Virus record (IMG/VR): IMGVR_UViG_3300021956_000013
Span: 1,236-65,235 of that record
DNA length: 64,000 nt
Direction: 5' to 3' (one strand)
From: a virus
Shown here: piece by piece, positions 55,482-64,000 of the stretch
How the letters are laid out: every line of letters starts with the position of its first letter
Position numbering within the stretch: position 1 is the stretch's first letter
Translations under genes and position numbers: made by a program
The notes under the pieces: model-generated
What the model was told of the DNA's origin: nothing
The model's database searches: none
Seen by the model: only the letters and a program-made list of their open reading frames with translations

Positions 55482-55993
55482 TATGCAGCCACCTTTACAT
55501 TAGAAGCAAACTTAGGGTCATGTGCAACCCAGTAATACTTACAAGGTTCTTTACGCTCAGGGCAACAAGGATTAGATGTAGCCAATGAATCATAGAACTC
55601 AAAATAATAGATAGGGTCTTTAGTATATAGATTAGCCTTATGTGTAGTAGTCAATCTCTGCAATGCAAAAGGATTCTTATACCAGTTAGGAATTGAATAC
55701 CCCCAGTCATCGCCAGCAACAGCCTTAAGGTTAGTAAGATTCTCCATGTTCTTATCAGTTTTAATACCACGGACATCTGCTTCCTTAACCATAGCCATAG
55801 TGTAAAGCCACAGTTGCCCTTCAAACCCACGCCACATCTTTACAGCAGGGTGGTTACGCCAAGCGGCTTTAGGGTCATCGTTAGATAATACCTTAAGAAT
55901 CTGGTAAGATTCAAGGATTTGTTTGTTAAGACGTTTATTGTCTAATGCTTGTGCAGACTTATCGAACTGCTTAAAAGGTAAAAAGGTTTGCAT
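55481..55993 (-). CDS. Pyrimidine-dimer DNA glycosylase (DenV/MSMEG_6728-like)
   Basis: MQTFLP, LDNKRLNKQILE, HPAVKMWRG, HKANLYTKDP. Confidence 0.8.
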   Translation of the reverse strand: MQTFLPFKQFDKSAQALDNKRLNKQILESYQILKVLSNDDPKAAWRNHPAVKMWRGFEGQLWLYTMAMVKEADVRGIKTDKNMENLTNLKAVAGDDWGYSIPNWYKNPFALQRLTTTHKANLYTKDPIYYFEFYDSLATSNPCCPERKEPCKYYWVAHDPKFASNVKVAA

Positions 55994-56161
55994 ACGTTCC
56001 TATCGTTTAATGGACCTTGTATATCCAAGTATACAGGATACTCGCTTGCTTGTCAAGCGTTAAGACCTCATATTTCCGACCGATTTTTACCGAAAAATAA
56101 GTTCATTTTGCGTTTACCAGTCATTAACTAAGTTAACAAACATATCCCCTACAATAGAGTT

Positions 56162-57184
56162 ATGAAGATTTCTCGTATTATATCTATCGCTCTTTCTATT
56201 GGTCTATTGACCTCTACTACCCCTGCACTCGCTGCAGATTCCCTATCAGGCAAGGGTTCATCATTTGCTGCCTCAGCCCTATCAAGTTGCTCTGCTTCAT
56301 ATACAATAGATAACGCAACCTATGTATCAACTGGTTCTGGAACAGGACGTGCTGAGTTTGCTAACAAGTTTGTTGACTGGGCTGCTACTGACACTCCTTA
56401 TACATCTGGTTATCCTAACTTTGATTATGTTACCGTTCCACTATTCGGTGGTCCAGTTGTGTTTGCCTATTCTGCAGTTGGTGTGGGCGATGGCTTACAG
56501 TTGACTCCTGAAATTGTTTCTGGTATCCTAAAGGGAACTATTACTCGTTGGGATGACGCTTCAATCAAGGCTCTTAACACACGCATCAAGTTGCCAAAGA
56601 AGGCAATCAAAGTTGCTTACCGTGCATCAGGTTCAGGAACTAATGCTAATCTAACTAACTATCTATCACAGACTGTTGGTGGATGGGTTGCTAAGAGCAA
56701 CGACATGCAAATATCTTCTGGTGGATTTGCATCTAATTCAGTAGCCTTTGCTAACTCACAGTTGCTTGCAACCTACATCGAAGACAACTCAAACGCATTT
56801 GGTTACTTTGACTTGTCAGACGCAATCACTGCTGATGTTGGTATCGCCAAACTTAAGAACGCTGCTGGAACATTCGTTGCTCCTACTGCTTCTGCTGCAG
56901 GTAAGTTCCTAAACGCACAGACTGTTGAAACAAATGGAACAATCTCTATTAATTTTAAGAAGGTTGTTCCTGGTGCTTATCAGTTGTCAATCGTTACCTA
57001 CGGTCTTGCTCCTAAGCGACCAGCATCTCAAAAGGTTTCTAATGGTAAAGGTTTGGCTGTGCAAAACTGGTTTAAGTATGTAGTTTCTACATGTCTTCCT
57101 GCAAAGGGTGCGACACTTGGATATGTTCCATTGGGTTCTTCTCTTAAAACAACAGCATTGAATATCATTAAAACTATTGGCTAA
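56162..57184 (+). CDS. pstS: Phosphate ABC transporter substrate-binding protein
   Basis: Signal peptide, GSSFA, STGSGTG, WDDASIKALN, YRASGSGT, YQLSIVTY, GYVPL. Confidence 0.85.
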   Translation: MKISRIISIALSIGLLTSTTPALAADSLSGKGSSFAASALSSCSASYTIDNATYVSTGSGTGRAEFANKFVDWAATDTPYTSGYPNFDYVTVPLFGGPVVFAYSAVGVGDGLQLTPEIVSGILKGTITRWDDASIKALNTRIKLPKKAIKVAYRASGSGTNANLTNYLSQTVGGWVAKSNDMQISSGGFASNSVAFANSQLLATYIEDNSNAFGYFDLSDAITADVGIAKLKNAAGTFVAPTASAAGKFLNAQTVETNGTISINFKKVVPGAYQLSIVTYGLAPKRPASQKVSNGKGLAVQNWFKYVVSTCLPAKGATLGYVPLGSSLKTTALNIIKTIG

Positions 57185-57211
57185 TTGCTTGGTTAGTGGT
57201 ATAATTGGGAT

Positions 57212-57394
57212 ATGCCTAATAAAACACGCTTTATCATCTACCCTGACCGTATATACACGGTTACACTAGACGATGGCGATGAAGTAGAGGTAACTGGTCT
57301 TGACATTATCCAAATGGGATATCAAATGAAGAAGACTCAACAACTACTTAAAACACTACAAGATTTAGACGAACTAGGAAAGGGTTGGTTTTAA
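57212..57394 (+). CDS. Leaderless hypothetical protein
   Basis: TGGTATAAT-N6-ATG. Confidence 0.7.
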   Translation: MPNKTRFIIYPDRIYTVTLDDGDEVEVTGLDIIQMGYQMKKTQQLLKTLQDLDELGKGWF

Positions 57395-57585
57395 TGAGAA
57401 CAAATTTAGCATTCATTTTTACTTGGGGATTACTTATGGCTTTTGCTCAAGTGCCTTTGTTGATACTTTATAGTGCAATTGGTTTTGAACCCTATACCAT
57501 CGGAATTTCAGAAATTCTTGCAGCAATCCTAACCGTAATGGCTACCACCGTTATGCTTGTAAGGGAGGATTACGATGGCAAGTAA
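57394..57585 (+). CDS. Two-TM membrane protein
   Basis: Hydrophobic, coupled start. Confidence 0.65.
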   Translation: MRTNLAFIFTWGLLMAFAQVPLLILYSAIGFEPYTIGISEILAAILTVMATTVMLVREDYDGK

Positions 57586-57688
57586 AAAGGCTTCAATTAG
57601 AAATAGCAATCGAAATAATGGCAAGGCTTCTAAAAAGCACCCACTAAAGTTTGACCCAATCAAACGTAAATTAGTTAGAGTTAGTTAA
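57575..57688 (+). CDS. Small basic protein, 37 aa
   Basis: GGAGG RBS; MASKKASIRNSNRNNGKASKKHP. Confidence 0.65.
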   Translation: MASKKASIRNSNRNNGKASKKHPLKFDPIKRKLVRVS

Positions 57689-57840
57689 TGCGTATTTGTG
57701 GTTTCTGTATGACAGGTCATCACTGGAACTGTAAAAAAATTATTAGTTATTATGAGAAAACTTGGGTGTGCGAGTGTCCTCATCCTGGACAAACTCTTCC
57801 TGACACTCAAGACAATAATGAGTTGGACCAAACGGTTTAA
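57688..57840 (+). CDS. Cys/His zinc-binding protein, 50 aa
   Basis: CGFCMTGHHWNC...WVCECPH; TAATG coupling. Confidence 0.6.
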   Translation: MRICGFCMTGHHWNCKKIISYYEKTWVCECPHPGQTLPDTQDNNELDQTV

Positions 57841-57949
57841 ACAATCCACCTAAAACAATTTCATCATTATTAGATTTTTCAATCATTTCTGGGGTAGGCA
57901 TTCCATAAACTATTTCAAGTAGCACGGAATTACATAAATTACACTTCAT
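57743..57949 (-). CDS. Zinc-ribbon protein
   Basis: CNLC...IVYGMP...GG...HYCLEC pattern. Confidence 0.65.
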   Translation of the reverse strand: MKCNLCNSVLLEIVYGMPTPEMIEKSNNDEIVLGGLFKPFGPTHYCLECQEEFVQDEDTRTPKFSHNN

Positions 57950-57986
57950 ATTATAAGTATAACACCAAATAAGGTATAATGTAAAT

Positions 57987-58670
57987 ATGGAAAATAAAAT
58001 AGCAATTATCCTACCAGTTAGAGATGGTGGACTAGGAAGACATTCTAGACTTACTAGATGTCTTGAATCATACTATCAAATAACCGAAGGCATGTCAGAT
58101 ATTCATTTATTGCATGATGAAGATGAGTGTGATATCTATCATCCAATCGCTGAACAATACCCCGAAATAATTAACTACTGTATCCCAACAGGAATAACCC
58201 TAATGCAAAAAATAAATGCTCACGCATTAGACATAGCAAGTCAATATAAGTATGTTGGTTTTATTGGTGATGACATTGTATTTAAAACAATATTTGAAAG
58301 TCCATTTATCGAACAACTATCTTCCGCTGTCTATGGTATGGTTTATGGCAACGATATGGTTTGGGAAGGTAAATTAGCCACACACCCTTTTATTACTAGT
58401 AATGCTATTACTGCTGTTGGTTTCTTTGGATGCCCTGCGGTAGAGCATAACTACTTTGATAACTACTGGCATACAGTCTTTAGCCACTTGGGTGGAGCAG
58501 TCTATTTCCCAGGAATTTTAATGGAACATATACATCCAATCAATGGCAAAGAGGTCAAAGATGAGATATATAATAAAATACATAGACAACTTAACGTAGA
58601 TGAAGTAAAGTTTAAAAGATATATGGATGCCAACTTAGCCGAAGACCTAAATAAAATACGCTTAATTTGA
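57987..58670 (+). CDS. GT-A fold glycosyltransferase
   Basis: AIILPVR, GFIGDDIVF, YGND, HPFI, HNYFDN. Confidence 0.75.
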   Translation: MENKIAIILPVRDGGLGRHSRLTRCLESYYQITEGMSDIHLLHDEDECDIYHPIAEQYPEIINYCIPTGITLMQKINAHALDIASQYKYVGFIGDDIVFKTIFESPFIEQLSSAVYGMVYGNDMVWEGKLATHPFITSNAITAVGFFGCPAVEHNYFDNYWHTVFSHLGGAVYFPGILMEHIHPINGKEVKDEIYNKIHRQLNVDEVKFKRYMDANLAEDLNKIRLI

Positions 58671-58716
58671 ACAAAATAATTATGTTATAATTGTCTTATA
58701 CAGAAAAGGATTGTAT

Positions 58717-59730
58717 ATGACTAAAGTATTGATTACTGGTGCTGGCGGATTTTGTGGGCATCACTTCATTGACCATTTTTTGGTTAATACCGATTGGGAA
58801 ATCATTGGTATAGACAGTTGGAAACACAAAGGTGTTCCAGAACGTATCTTGGATAGCGTTCATTATCAAAACAATAAAGACCGTGTTACTATTGTAACTC
58901 ACGACCTTACAGCACCATTCTCAGAAGTTCTACTTGAAAGACTAGAAGGTGTTGACTATATCGTAAACCTAGCCAGCCTTTCTCACGTTGATACATCAAT
59001 CGATAGTCCAGTCCCATTCATTCAAAACAATATTAGTTTAGTTTTGAATATGCTAGAACTTGCTAGAAGATTACAACCTAAAAAGTTTATTCAGTTCTCT
59101 ACTGACGAAGTATACGGACCAATGCTTGATGGCATCCCACATCCAGAATGGAATCCAATGATTCCTTCTAATCCATATTCTGCTTCTAAGGCTGCACAAG
59201 AAGATATCGCAATTTCTTATTGGAGAACTTATGGTGTTCCACTAATCATTACCAATACAATGAATATCATTGGTGAAAGACAAGATGGAGAAAAGTATTT
59301 ACCTAAAATTGTAAAGAATATTCTAGACAATGAAAGTCTAACTATTCATGCTCAGAACAATACTCCTGGTAGCAGATTCTATCTTCACGCTAGGAATGCT
59401 GCAGATGCTATTATGTTTATTTTGAATAATGTTGAGCCTGTTCAATACCCTCAGTCTAATCTACCAGAAAGACTGAATGTTGTTGGTAGAACAGAATTAA
59501 ATAATTTAGATTTAGCAAAGATGGTTGCTCAAATTCTTGACAAAGAACTTAAATATGAATTTATTGACGTTCACTCTGTAAGACCTGGACATGACCTACG
59601 CTACGGTTTGGATGGTGCAAAACTTGAATCACTTGGCTATAGTTACCCTGTTGATTTTGACGACAGTTTAAGGGCAACTGTTGAATGGATGGTTAAGCCA
59701 GAGAACCGAAAGTTTATTGAAAAGTTATGA
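58717..59730 (+). CDS. rmlB: dTDP-glucose 4,6-dehydratase (RmlB-like)
   Basis: ITGAGGFCG, NLASLSHVDTS, FSTDEVYG, PSNPYSASKA, RPGHDLRY. Confidence 0.9.
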   Translation: MTKVLITGAGGFCGHHFIDHFLVNTDWEIIGIDSWKHKGVPERILDSVHYQNNKDRVTIVTHDLTAPFSEVLLERLEGVDYIVNLASLSHVDTSIDSPVPFIQNNISLVLNMLELARRLQPKKFIQFSTDEVYGPMLDGIPHPEWNPMIPSNPYSASKAAQEDIAISYWRTYGVPLIITNTMNIIGERQDGEKYLPKIVKNILDNESLTIHAQNNTPGSRFYLHARNAADAIMFILNNVEPVQYPQSNLPERLNVVGRTELNNLDLAKMVAQILDKELKYEFIDVHSVRPGHDLRYGLDGAKLESLGYSYPVDFDDSLRATVEWMVKPENRKFIEKL

Positions 59731-60608
59731 CAGTTCATATTGTAGGTGCTGGAATTGTTGGTCTAACAATTGCAAATCTTATCACTGATGAAGATGTAAT
59801 CATTTACGAACGTGATGAAATTGGTGGGGCTTGTGTAGATAATGAAAACTATCAAAAATTTGTTCACGTCATGCATACGGACTATGAAGATGTATGGGAA
59901 TTTGTAAATAAATATACAGATGTAAAGCCACACGAAACTTTGTTAAAGTCTTATGTTCGTGGAGAGTTGCTTCCTTGGTATCCACCAGTAATGAATGAGC
60001 AGGTGTTTGAAGACCAGGTTCGTGGTTATTCCAAGAAACAATGGCTATCTGACCCACCACCAGAGGCATTGGCTAGAATTAAAACAGACCCAGATGGTAA
60101 AGTATTCCACGACAAATATGAAGGTGTTCCAAACTATACTAAACTATTTAATAACTTATCTAAAGATAAGAACATTGTAAAGAAAAGCATTAAACACGGT
60201 GACTTACCAGAAGGCGATAGAGTTATTTTAACAGGTGCTGTTGACGAATACTTTGGTTACTGCTATGGAGAATTGCCATATCGTGGTATGCGTTCTGTTC
60301 ACTTTCAGTCTGAAGTTAGACTAGATGCAGACTTTTATACATTTAGTGATGAGAAAATTCCATTCCAGAGAATGATTGACTATGACAGACTTGGATACAA
60401 GGGGGGTTGGATTGGTATTGAAATTGCTTGTGATGATAAGCATTACCCAGTAAGAACAGATGAGTCAGAGGAACTTTACAATAAGTATGTTGAACTTGCT
60501 AACCATCACGATGTTGGTTTAGTTGGAAGACTCGCAACCTATAGATACATTGATTCTGATGATGCAATCAAACAAGCATTTGATTTTGTAAAGGATAACT
60601 ATGCGTAA
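59727..60608 (+). CDS. glf: UDP-galactopyranose mutase-like flavoprotein (short)
   Basis: IVGAGIVG, IGGAC, HVMHT, TGAVDEYFGYCYGELPYR, HYP, GRLATYRYID. Confidence 0.8.
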   Translation: MTVHIVGAGIVGLTIANLITDEDVIIYERDEIGGACVDNENYQKFVHVMHTDYEDVWEFVNKYTDVKPHETLLKSYVRGELLPWYPPVMNEQVFEDQVRGYSKKQWLSDPPPEALARIKTDPDGKVFHDKYEGVPNYTKLFNNLSKDKNIVKKSIKHGDLPEGDRVILTGAVDEYFGYCYGELPYRGMRSVHFQSEVRLDADFYTFSDEKIPFQRMIDYDRLGYKGGWIGIEIACDDKHYPVRTDESEELYNKYVELANHHDVGLVGRLATYRYIDSDDAIKQAFDFVKDNYA

Positions 60609-61320
60609 ATCTGCTGTGTTCACTGTGCAACACGATGAAGACTTTTTTCTTCCTATTTGGTTGAAGTATTACGAGGAACATTTTGATTCCCAAGATATCT
60701 ATGTAGTATCTCATAACTGTACTGAATTAACTAGACAAATTTTAGAAGATGCTGAGAGTAGAGGAATAAATGTTGAAAGGGTTAACACTGATGAGATATT
60801 TAATCATGCTTGGCTAAATGATTTGGTACACGGATATCAAAAGAAATTGCTAGAAAGTTATGAGTATGTTTTGTTTGTAGACTGTGATGAGATTGTTGCT
60901 CCTGAGAATCAATCTTTAAAATCATTTATTGAAGAGGCTACGGACACTGCCTATCGTTGTTTTGGATATGAAATTATTTTGGATGGTATTATTACTAATG
61001 GTGACTATAACAAAACTTTGTTGACAAGCATTCCTTTGACTTATGTTTATGGCTACCATACCTCTACCCCACAATTTCCTGTAACCAATACCCTACATCT
61101 ATATCACTTGCACAGACTAGACTATGAAAAATCCTGGCAAAGAAATCTAAGACTTTCGCAGGAAAAATGGGATAGAAAGGCTCTTGTTGGTGGATTAAGT
61201 ATTCAAAATCAATTAACTAGAAAACAAGATTTCGACAGTTATTTTTATTCTAACCATGGAAACAGAACAGAGTATACAGAAACTTTAGTAAAAATTTTAA
61301 ATAAGATTTACAAAGATTAA
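60601..61320 (+). CDS. GT2-like glycosyltransferase
   Basis: FLPIWLKYY, VLFVDCDEI, HLYHL. Confidence 0.75.
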   Translation: MRKSAVFTVQHDEDFFLPIWLKYYEEHFDSQDIYVVSHNCTELTRQILEDAESRGINVERVNTDEIFNHAWLNDLVHGYQKKLLESYEYVLFVDCDEIVAPENQSLKSFIEEATDTAYRCFGYEIILDGIITNGDYNKTLLTSIPLTYVYGYHTSTPQFPVTNTLHLYHLHRLDYEKSWQRNLRLSQEKWDRKALVGGLSIQNQLTRKQDFDSYFYSNHGNRTEYTETLVKILNKIYKD

Positions 61321-62003
61321 TATCCACGAACAAGTTTAAGCATTTTTTCTGGAGTATCTGCCTGATAATATCTCATAAAATGGTCTCTATTTTCTTCAGA
61401 ACTTTTATTAAAATTGTTGTCGTGAATCTGTGGCTGATGATTGAAAGAATATATTGTTCCAGAATGTCTGACAAAATTATCTTTCTTGATAATAACATGG
61501 GCGAAATGTAATGCTCTGTCTTCATATCCCCATTGCTTGAAATGTTCGTCCATTCCACCAATATCCCACCAACTCTGTGGCTTGAAAACCCAAAGCCCAC
61601 CATCTGATTGTGGATATGGAAACGATGTATGCTTGCAGTCCTGAAGTGCCTTATCATTATTGTAGTACTGTTCGCTAGATTCTTCATCTAAATACCTTGC
61701 ATCCATATATGGTAAATGAATTAATTCATCATTATTTGCTGCATTTATGGCTTCTAATAAAGATAAAATTTCTGGTATAGTATCAGCGTCATTCATTATT
61801 ACAACGTCTGCATGAGCCTCCTGTGCCCTTTTTACCCCTATATTACGACTAGCACTTGGTAGCCACATATCTTCAGAAGCATTGGCAAATATTACTTCAA
61901 TGTCTGGTAAATTAGTTTTATACCAATCAAGGACAGCCTTTAAAGGCTTCTCTCTACTAGGAGTTGCTTTCCAAGGAATTACTAGAACTATCTTCATTTT
62001 CAT
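61317..62003 (-). CDS. GT2/GT7-like glycosyltransferase
   Basis: SASRNIG, NDADT, GGMDEHFKQWGYED. Confidence 0.8.
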   Translation of the reverse strand: MKMKIVLVIPWKATPSREKPLKAVLDWYKTNLPDIEVIFANASEDMWLPSASRNIGVKRAQEAHADVVIMNDADTIPEILSLLEAINAANNDELIHLPYMDARYLDEESSEQYYNNDKALQDCKHTSFPYPQSDGGLWVFKPQSWWDIGGMDEHFKQWGYEDRALHFAHVIIKKDNFVRHSGTIYSFNHQPQIHDNNFNKSSEENRDHFMRYYQADTPEKMLKLVRGY

Positions 62004-62301
62004 CTTCTTCAAGTATAGCAAGAATGCTTACACTAAATAAAGATAAATAGTCTTCACCTTCATGCTTAAATTTCATTGTACCACCAGGATTAAACATAAT
62101 CTTATCGCCAACCCTGACTTCCATTGGGATACGGACACCACTCTTTAATTGCCTACCCTCGCCTACTGCATACACAGTACCAATGTTCTTAGGCTCATCG
62201 GTTTCACTTCTAATAATAAGAAGACCACTGGCAGATTTCTCTGGTCCAGTATCTTTCTTATCTAATTTAATAATGACAACATCTTCTGGTGCCTTAATCA
62301 T
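61957..62301 (-). CDS. groES: Co-chaperonin GroES
   Basis: SASGLLI...GTVYAVGEG...PMEVRVGDKIMF...EGEDY. Confidence 0.85.
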   Translation of the reverse strand: MIKAPEDVVIIKLDKKDTGPEKSASGLLIIRSETDEPKNIGTVYAVGEGRQLKSGVRIPMEVRVGDKIMFNPGGTMKFKHEGEDYLSLFSVSILAILEEDENEDSSSNSLESNS

Positions 62302-62584
62302 TATCCCACTTCCCATCTAATACCAGCATTGCGATAATTGCGTAGTTTGCCATATCAATAAAAGAATCCCTAAGACTTTCATTTTCGGGGGTAGCACCAG
62401 AATCATAAAGATTGTTAATGCGAGCCAACTTGTCGTGCATTCTAACTCTAAGTCCATTTATTGCTCCTCCTGGACTACCAGAAATATTCTTTGGTCCATA
62501 GTCTTTGTGCTTTTTAAGAAGCAGTTTTTCTGCTTCATCGAATGTAATTCCAACTGCCTTGATAAATTCTGAATCTAAATTCAT
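62294..62584 (-). CDS. DUF1599 / nucleotide-modification-associated domain protein
   Basis: KKHKDYG, RMHDKLARINNL, ESLRDSFIDMANYAII. Confidence 0.8.
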   Translation of the reverse strand: MNLDSEFIKAVGITFDEAEKLLLKKHKDYGPKNISGSPGGAINGLRVRMHDKLARINNLYDSGATPENESLRDSFIDMANYAIIAMLVLDGKWDND

Positions 62585-62585
62585 T

Positions 62586-62756
62586 TTAATACTCCTCGTG
62601 CTCTATATTATGTTTACTATCCACATACTTGTGAATTTTGCGTAGTGTTCTAGCCTTTGTGAATCCATATACTATGATAGCAAATACAGCATTCCAAAAG
62701 AATTCGGCAACAATGTGATTAATGCCAAAGACTACTTCTAATAGGTCGTGTTCCAT
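62586..62756 (-). CDS. Small membrane protein
   Basis: HIVAEFFWNAVF...HKYVDSKH. Confidence 0.65.
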   Translation of the reverse strand: MEHDLLEVVFGINHIVAEFFWNAVFAIIVYGFTKARTLRKIHKYVDSKHNIEHEEY

Positions 62757-62938
62757 TATTCTTTTCCTTCGCAATTTAGAATCGCTTGGACTTCGTTATT
62801 AGGATATTTATCCCAACAATTTTCTTTAGGCATATTTGCCATAACAATCATTGTAAGAACTGTTGTAACAATGAATATTCCAGATATGATTATTAGCCAT
62901 AGTATTCCATCATCACTTATTTTATTTTGTTTGGTCAT
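62756..62938 (-). CDS. TM protein with CWDKY motif
   Basis: TM helix, NCWDKY...AILNCE. Confidence 0.65.
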   Translation of the reverse strand: MTKQNKISDDGILWLIIISGIFIVTTVLTMIVMANMPKENCWDKYPNNEVQAILNCEGKE

Positions 62939-63266
62939 TAGTTAGCCATTCTACTAGTTTTGGATTGTCTTTTAATACTGCCAATAATCCAACTTCATAC
63001 ATGGCAATAAAGTAATGCTCCCATGATTCAAAGTCATCATCCTTACTTGGTCTAGGCATACCATCGTAGTTCATACGGATAGCATGTAGGACTTCGTGTA
63101 GCAGTGTTACCTGTTGCTTACCATTGCCAAGACCAGTTGCAAGAACAATTAGGTTCTTACCGTCAAGGGTATAGCCATAAGCACCATCATTTAACATACC
63201 ATCTTCGCCACTATCACGTTCAACTACACTGAACTTCTGTGGTCCAACTTTAACTGATTTAATCAT
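62922..63266 (-). CDS. HExxH metallopeptidase-like protein
   Basis: VTLLHEVLHA. Confidence 0.7.
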   Translation of the reverse strand: MIKSVKVGPQKFSVVERDSGEDGMLNDGAYGYTLDGKNLIVLATGLGNGKQQVTLLHEVLHAIRMNYDGMPRPSKDDDFESWEHYFIAMYEVGLLAVLKDNPKLVEWLTNDQTK

Positions 63267-63517
63267 TATCTAATCTTTCTAATCATACTAATGGCGGAAT
63301 GAACTCCAGCAATAATTCCTGGATTATAGTGTTGACCATTGTTCTTGAGGTCTTTCTCAATAGCAGCAATGATTACTTTACGCTGTTCTGCGATTGCTTT
63401 CTTTCTGCCAGTTTCAAAGCCTTCACTCCAACCCTTATTATAGCCATCTTCATAGCCTTTATCATACTTACGTTTAAATGTATTTTGTAGGCGTGTAGCC
63501 CAATCTGGTTTACTCAT
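63266..63517 (-). CDS. Hypothetical protein (GY-repeat)
   Basis: GYEDGYNKGWSEGFETG..EQRKVII. Confidence 0.65.
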   Translation of the reverse strand: MSKPDWATRLQNTFKRKYDKGYEDGYNKGWSEGFETGRKKAIAEQRKVIIAAIEKDLKNNGQHYNPGIIAGVHSAISMIRKIR

Positions 63518-63548
63518 ATATATATTTTACCGTATGCGACAGGGTTTG

Positions 63549-63797
63549 TCAAGCAAATAGCGAAATAAGTCTGGCTTCTGTTGCTGTGCCTTTGTGGAAG
63601 GTTTCCTTGTCGTCTACCTTGCCAATAAAGGCAGGGACTCCTCTAATCTGGTGTTCCTGGAAAACGCTTACATCCTCGTCAGCATCATACTTAGTATAAA
63701 CAATGTCAGGATTATCTTTAAGAAACTTATCTAACACTGGCTGCATTTGTTTGCATGGCTGACACCATGTGGCACTAAAGTGAATTAGTTCTCTCAT
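63549..63797 (-). CDS. Thioredoxin
   Basis: FSATWCQPCK, IRGVPAF. Confidence 0.85.
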   Translation of the reverse strand: MRELIHFSATWCQPCKQMQPVLDKFLKDNPDIVYTKYDADEDVSVFQEHQIRGVPAFIGKVDDKETFHKGTATEARLISLFA

Positions 63798-64000
63798 TTA
63801 TTTCTTCCTTAAACTAGATAATTTATGTCCAACAACTATATCTGTTGGCTTACCTTCTTGATATACTCTGACAACTGCGGCAGGTTCGTCAGGAGTTCCT
63901 GTTACTGTAAAATCTGAATTAGGTACATTGTATTTGCCATTAGTAATAATCCTGGTAATCTTTCCTGTGGCATTACCGCCAGAAGAACCCCAAGTAACCA
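63798..64000 (-). CDS. DUF2945/Tudor-like domain protein (partial)
   Basis: Hand translation VTWGSSGGNATGKITRI...PDEPAAVVRVY...VGHKLSSLRKK-stop; 5' end outside window. Confidence 0.6.
   Translation of the reverse strand, partial: VTWGSSGGNATGKITRIITNGKYNVPNSDFTVTGTPDEPAAVVRVYQEGKPTDIVVGHKLSSLRKK

Noticed and set aside
57575-57688. Ribosomal protein bL33 similarity (KFDPIKRKLV)
   Set aside because: Match limited to a few residues; the N-terminal half of L33 is absent
1-64000. Stop-codon reassignment or a diversity-generating retroelement
   Set aside because: Long genes are intact in the standard code and end in TAA, TAG and TGA; no reverse transcriptase or TR/VR pair seen

Overview
A 64-kb slice of a large, AT-rich dsDNA tailed phage (siphovirus-type). 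An actinobacterial host is inferred from leaderless extended -10 promoters, actinobacterial-type SOS boxes and a PstS; freshwater Microbacteriaceae/acI-like is a guess. 1-35.5 kb (minus strand): virion module, read right to left as portal, protease/scaffold, major capsid, head-tail, major tail, two paralogous tail chaperones, a 3122-aa tape measure protein and minor tail proteins. It is interleaved with a class II ribonucleotide reductase, an NlpC/P60 lipoprotein, a Thr-rich fibre and two GT2-TPR glycosyltransferases. 36.2-53.7 kb (plus strand): a dense array of about 60 mostly tiny ORFs built from repeated parts. These are 30 copies of a TGTCAGTGGT-N6-TANNNT promoter, often fused to the previous stop codon, and 16 copies of GCCGACC placed just after hairpins. 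Most GCCGACC copies are followed by one of several operator-like boxes (DnaA, LexA, GACAC or RTWAC-N6-RTWAC). Five copies of a covarying H-type pseudoknot sit in 3' UTRs. 53.7-54.4 kb: non-coding region with a DnaA-box cluster (candidate origin). 54.3-64 kb: pyrimidine-dimer glycosylase, PstS, RmlB/Glf/glycosyltransferases, GroES, DUF1599, a HExxH protein and thioredoxin. The strongest candidate for a new system is the modular promoter/operator cassette array. The tape measure protein also appears to carry kinase-like and toxin-like cargo. All annotations come from reading the sequence by eye; no database searches were run.
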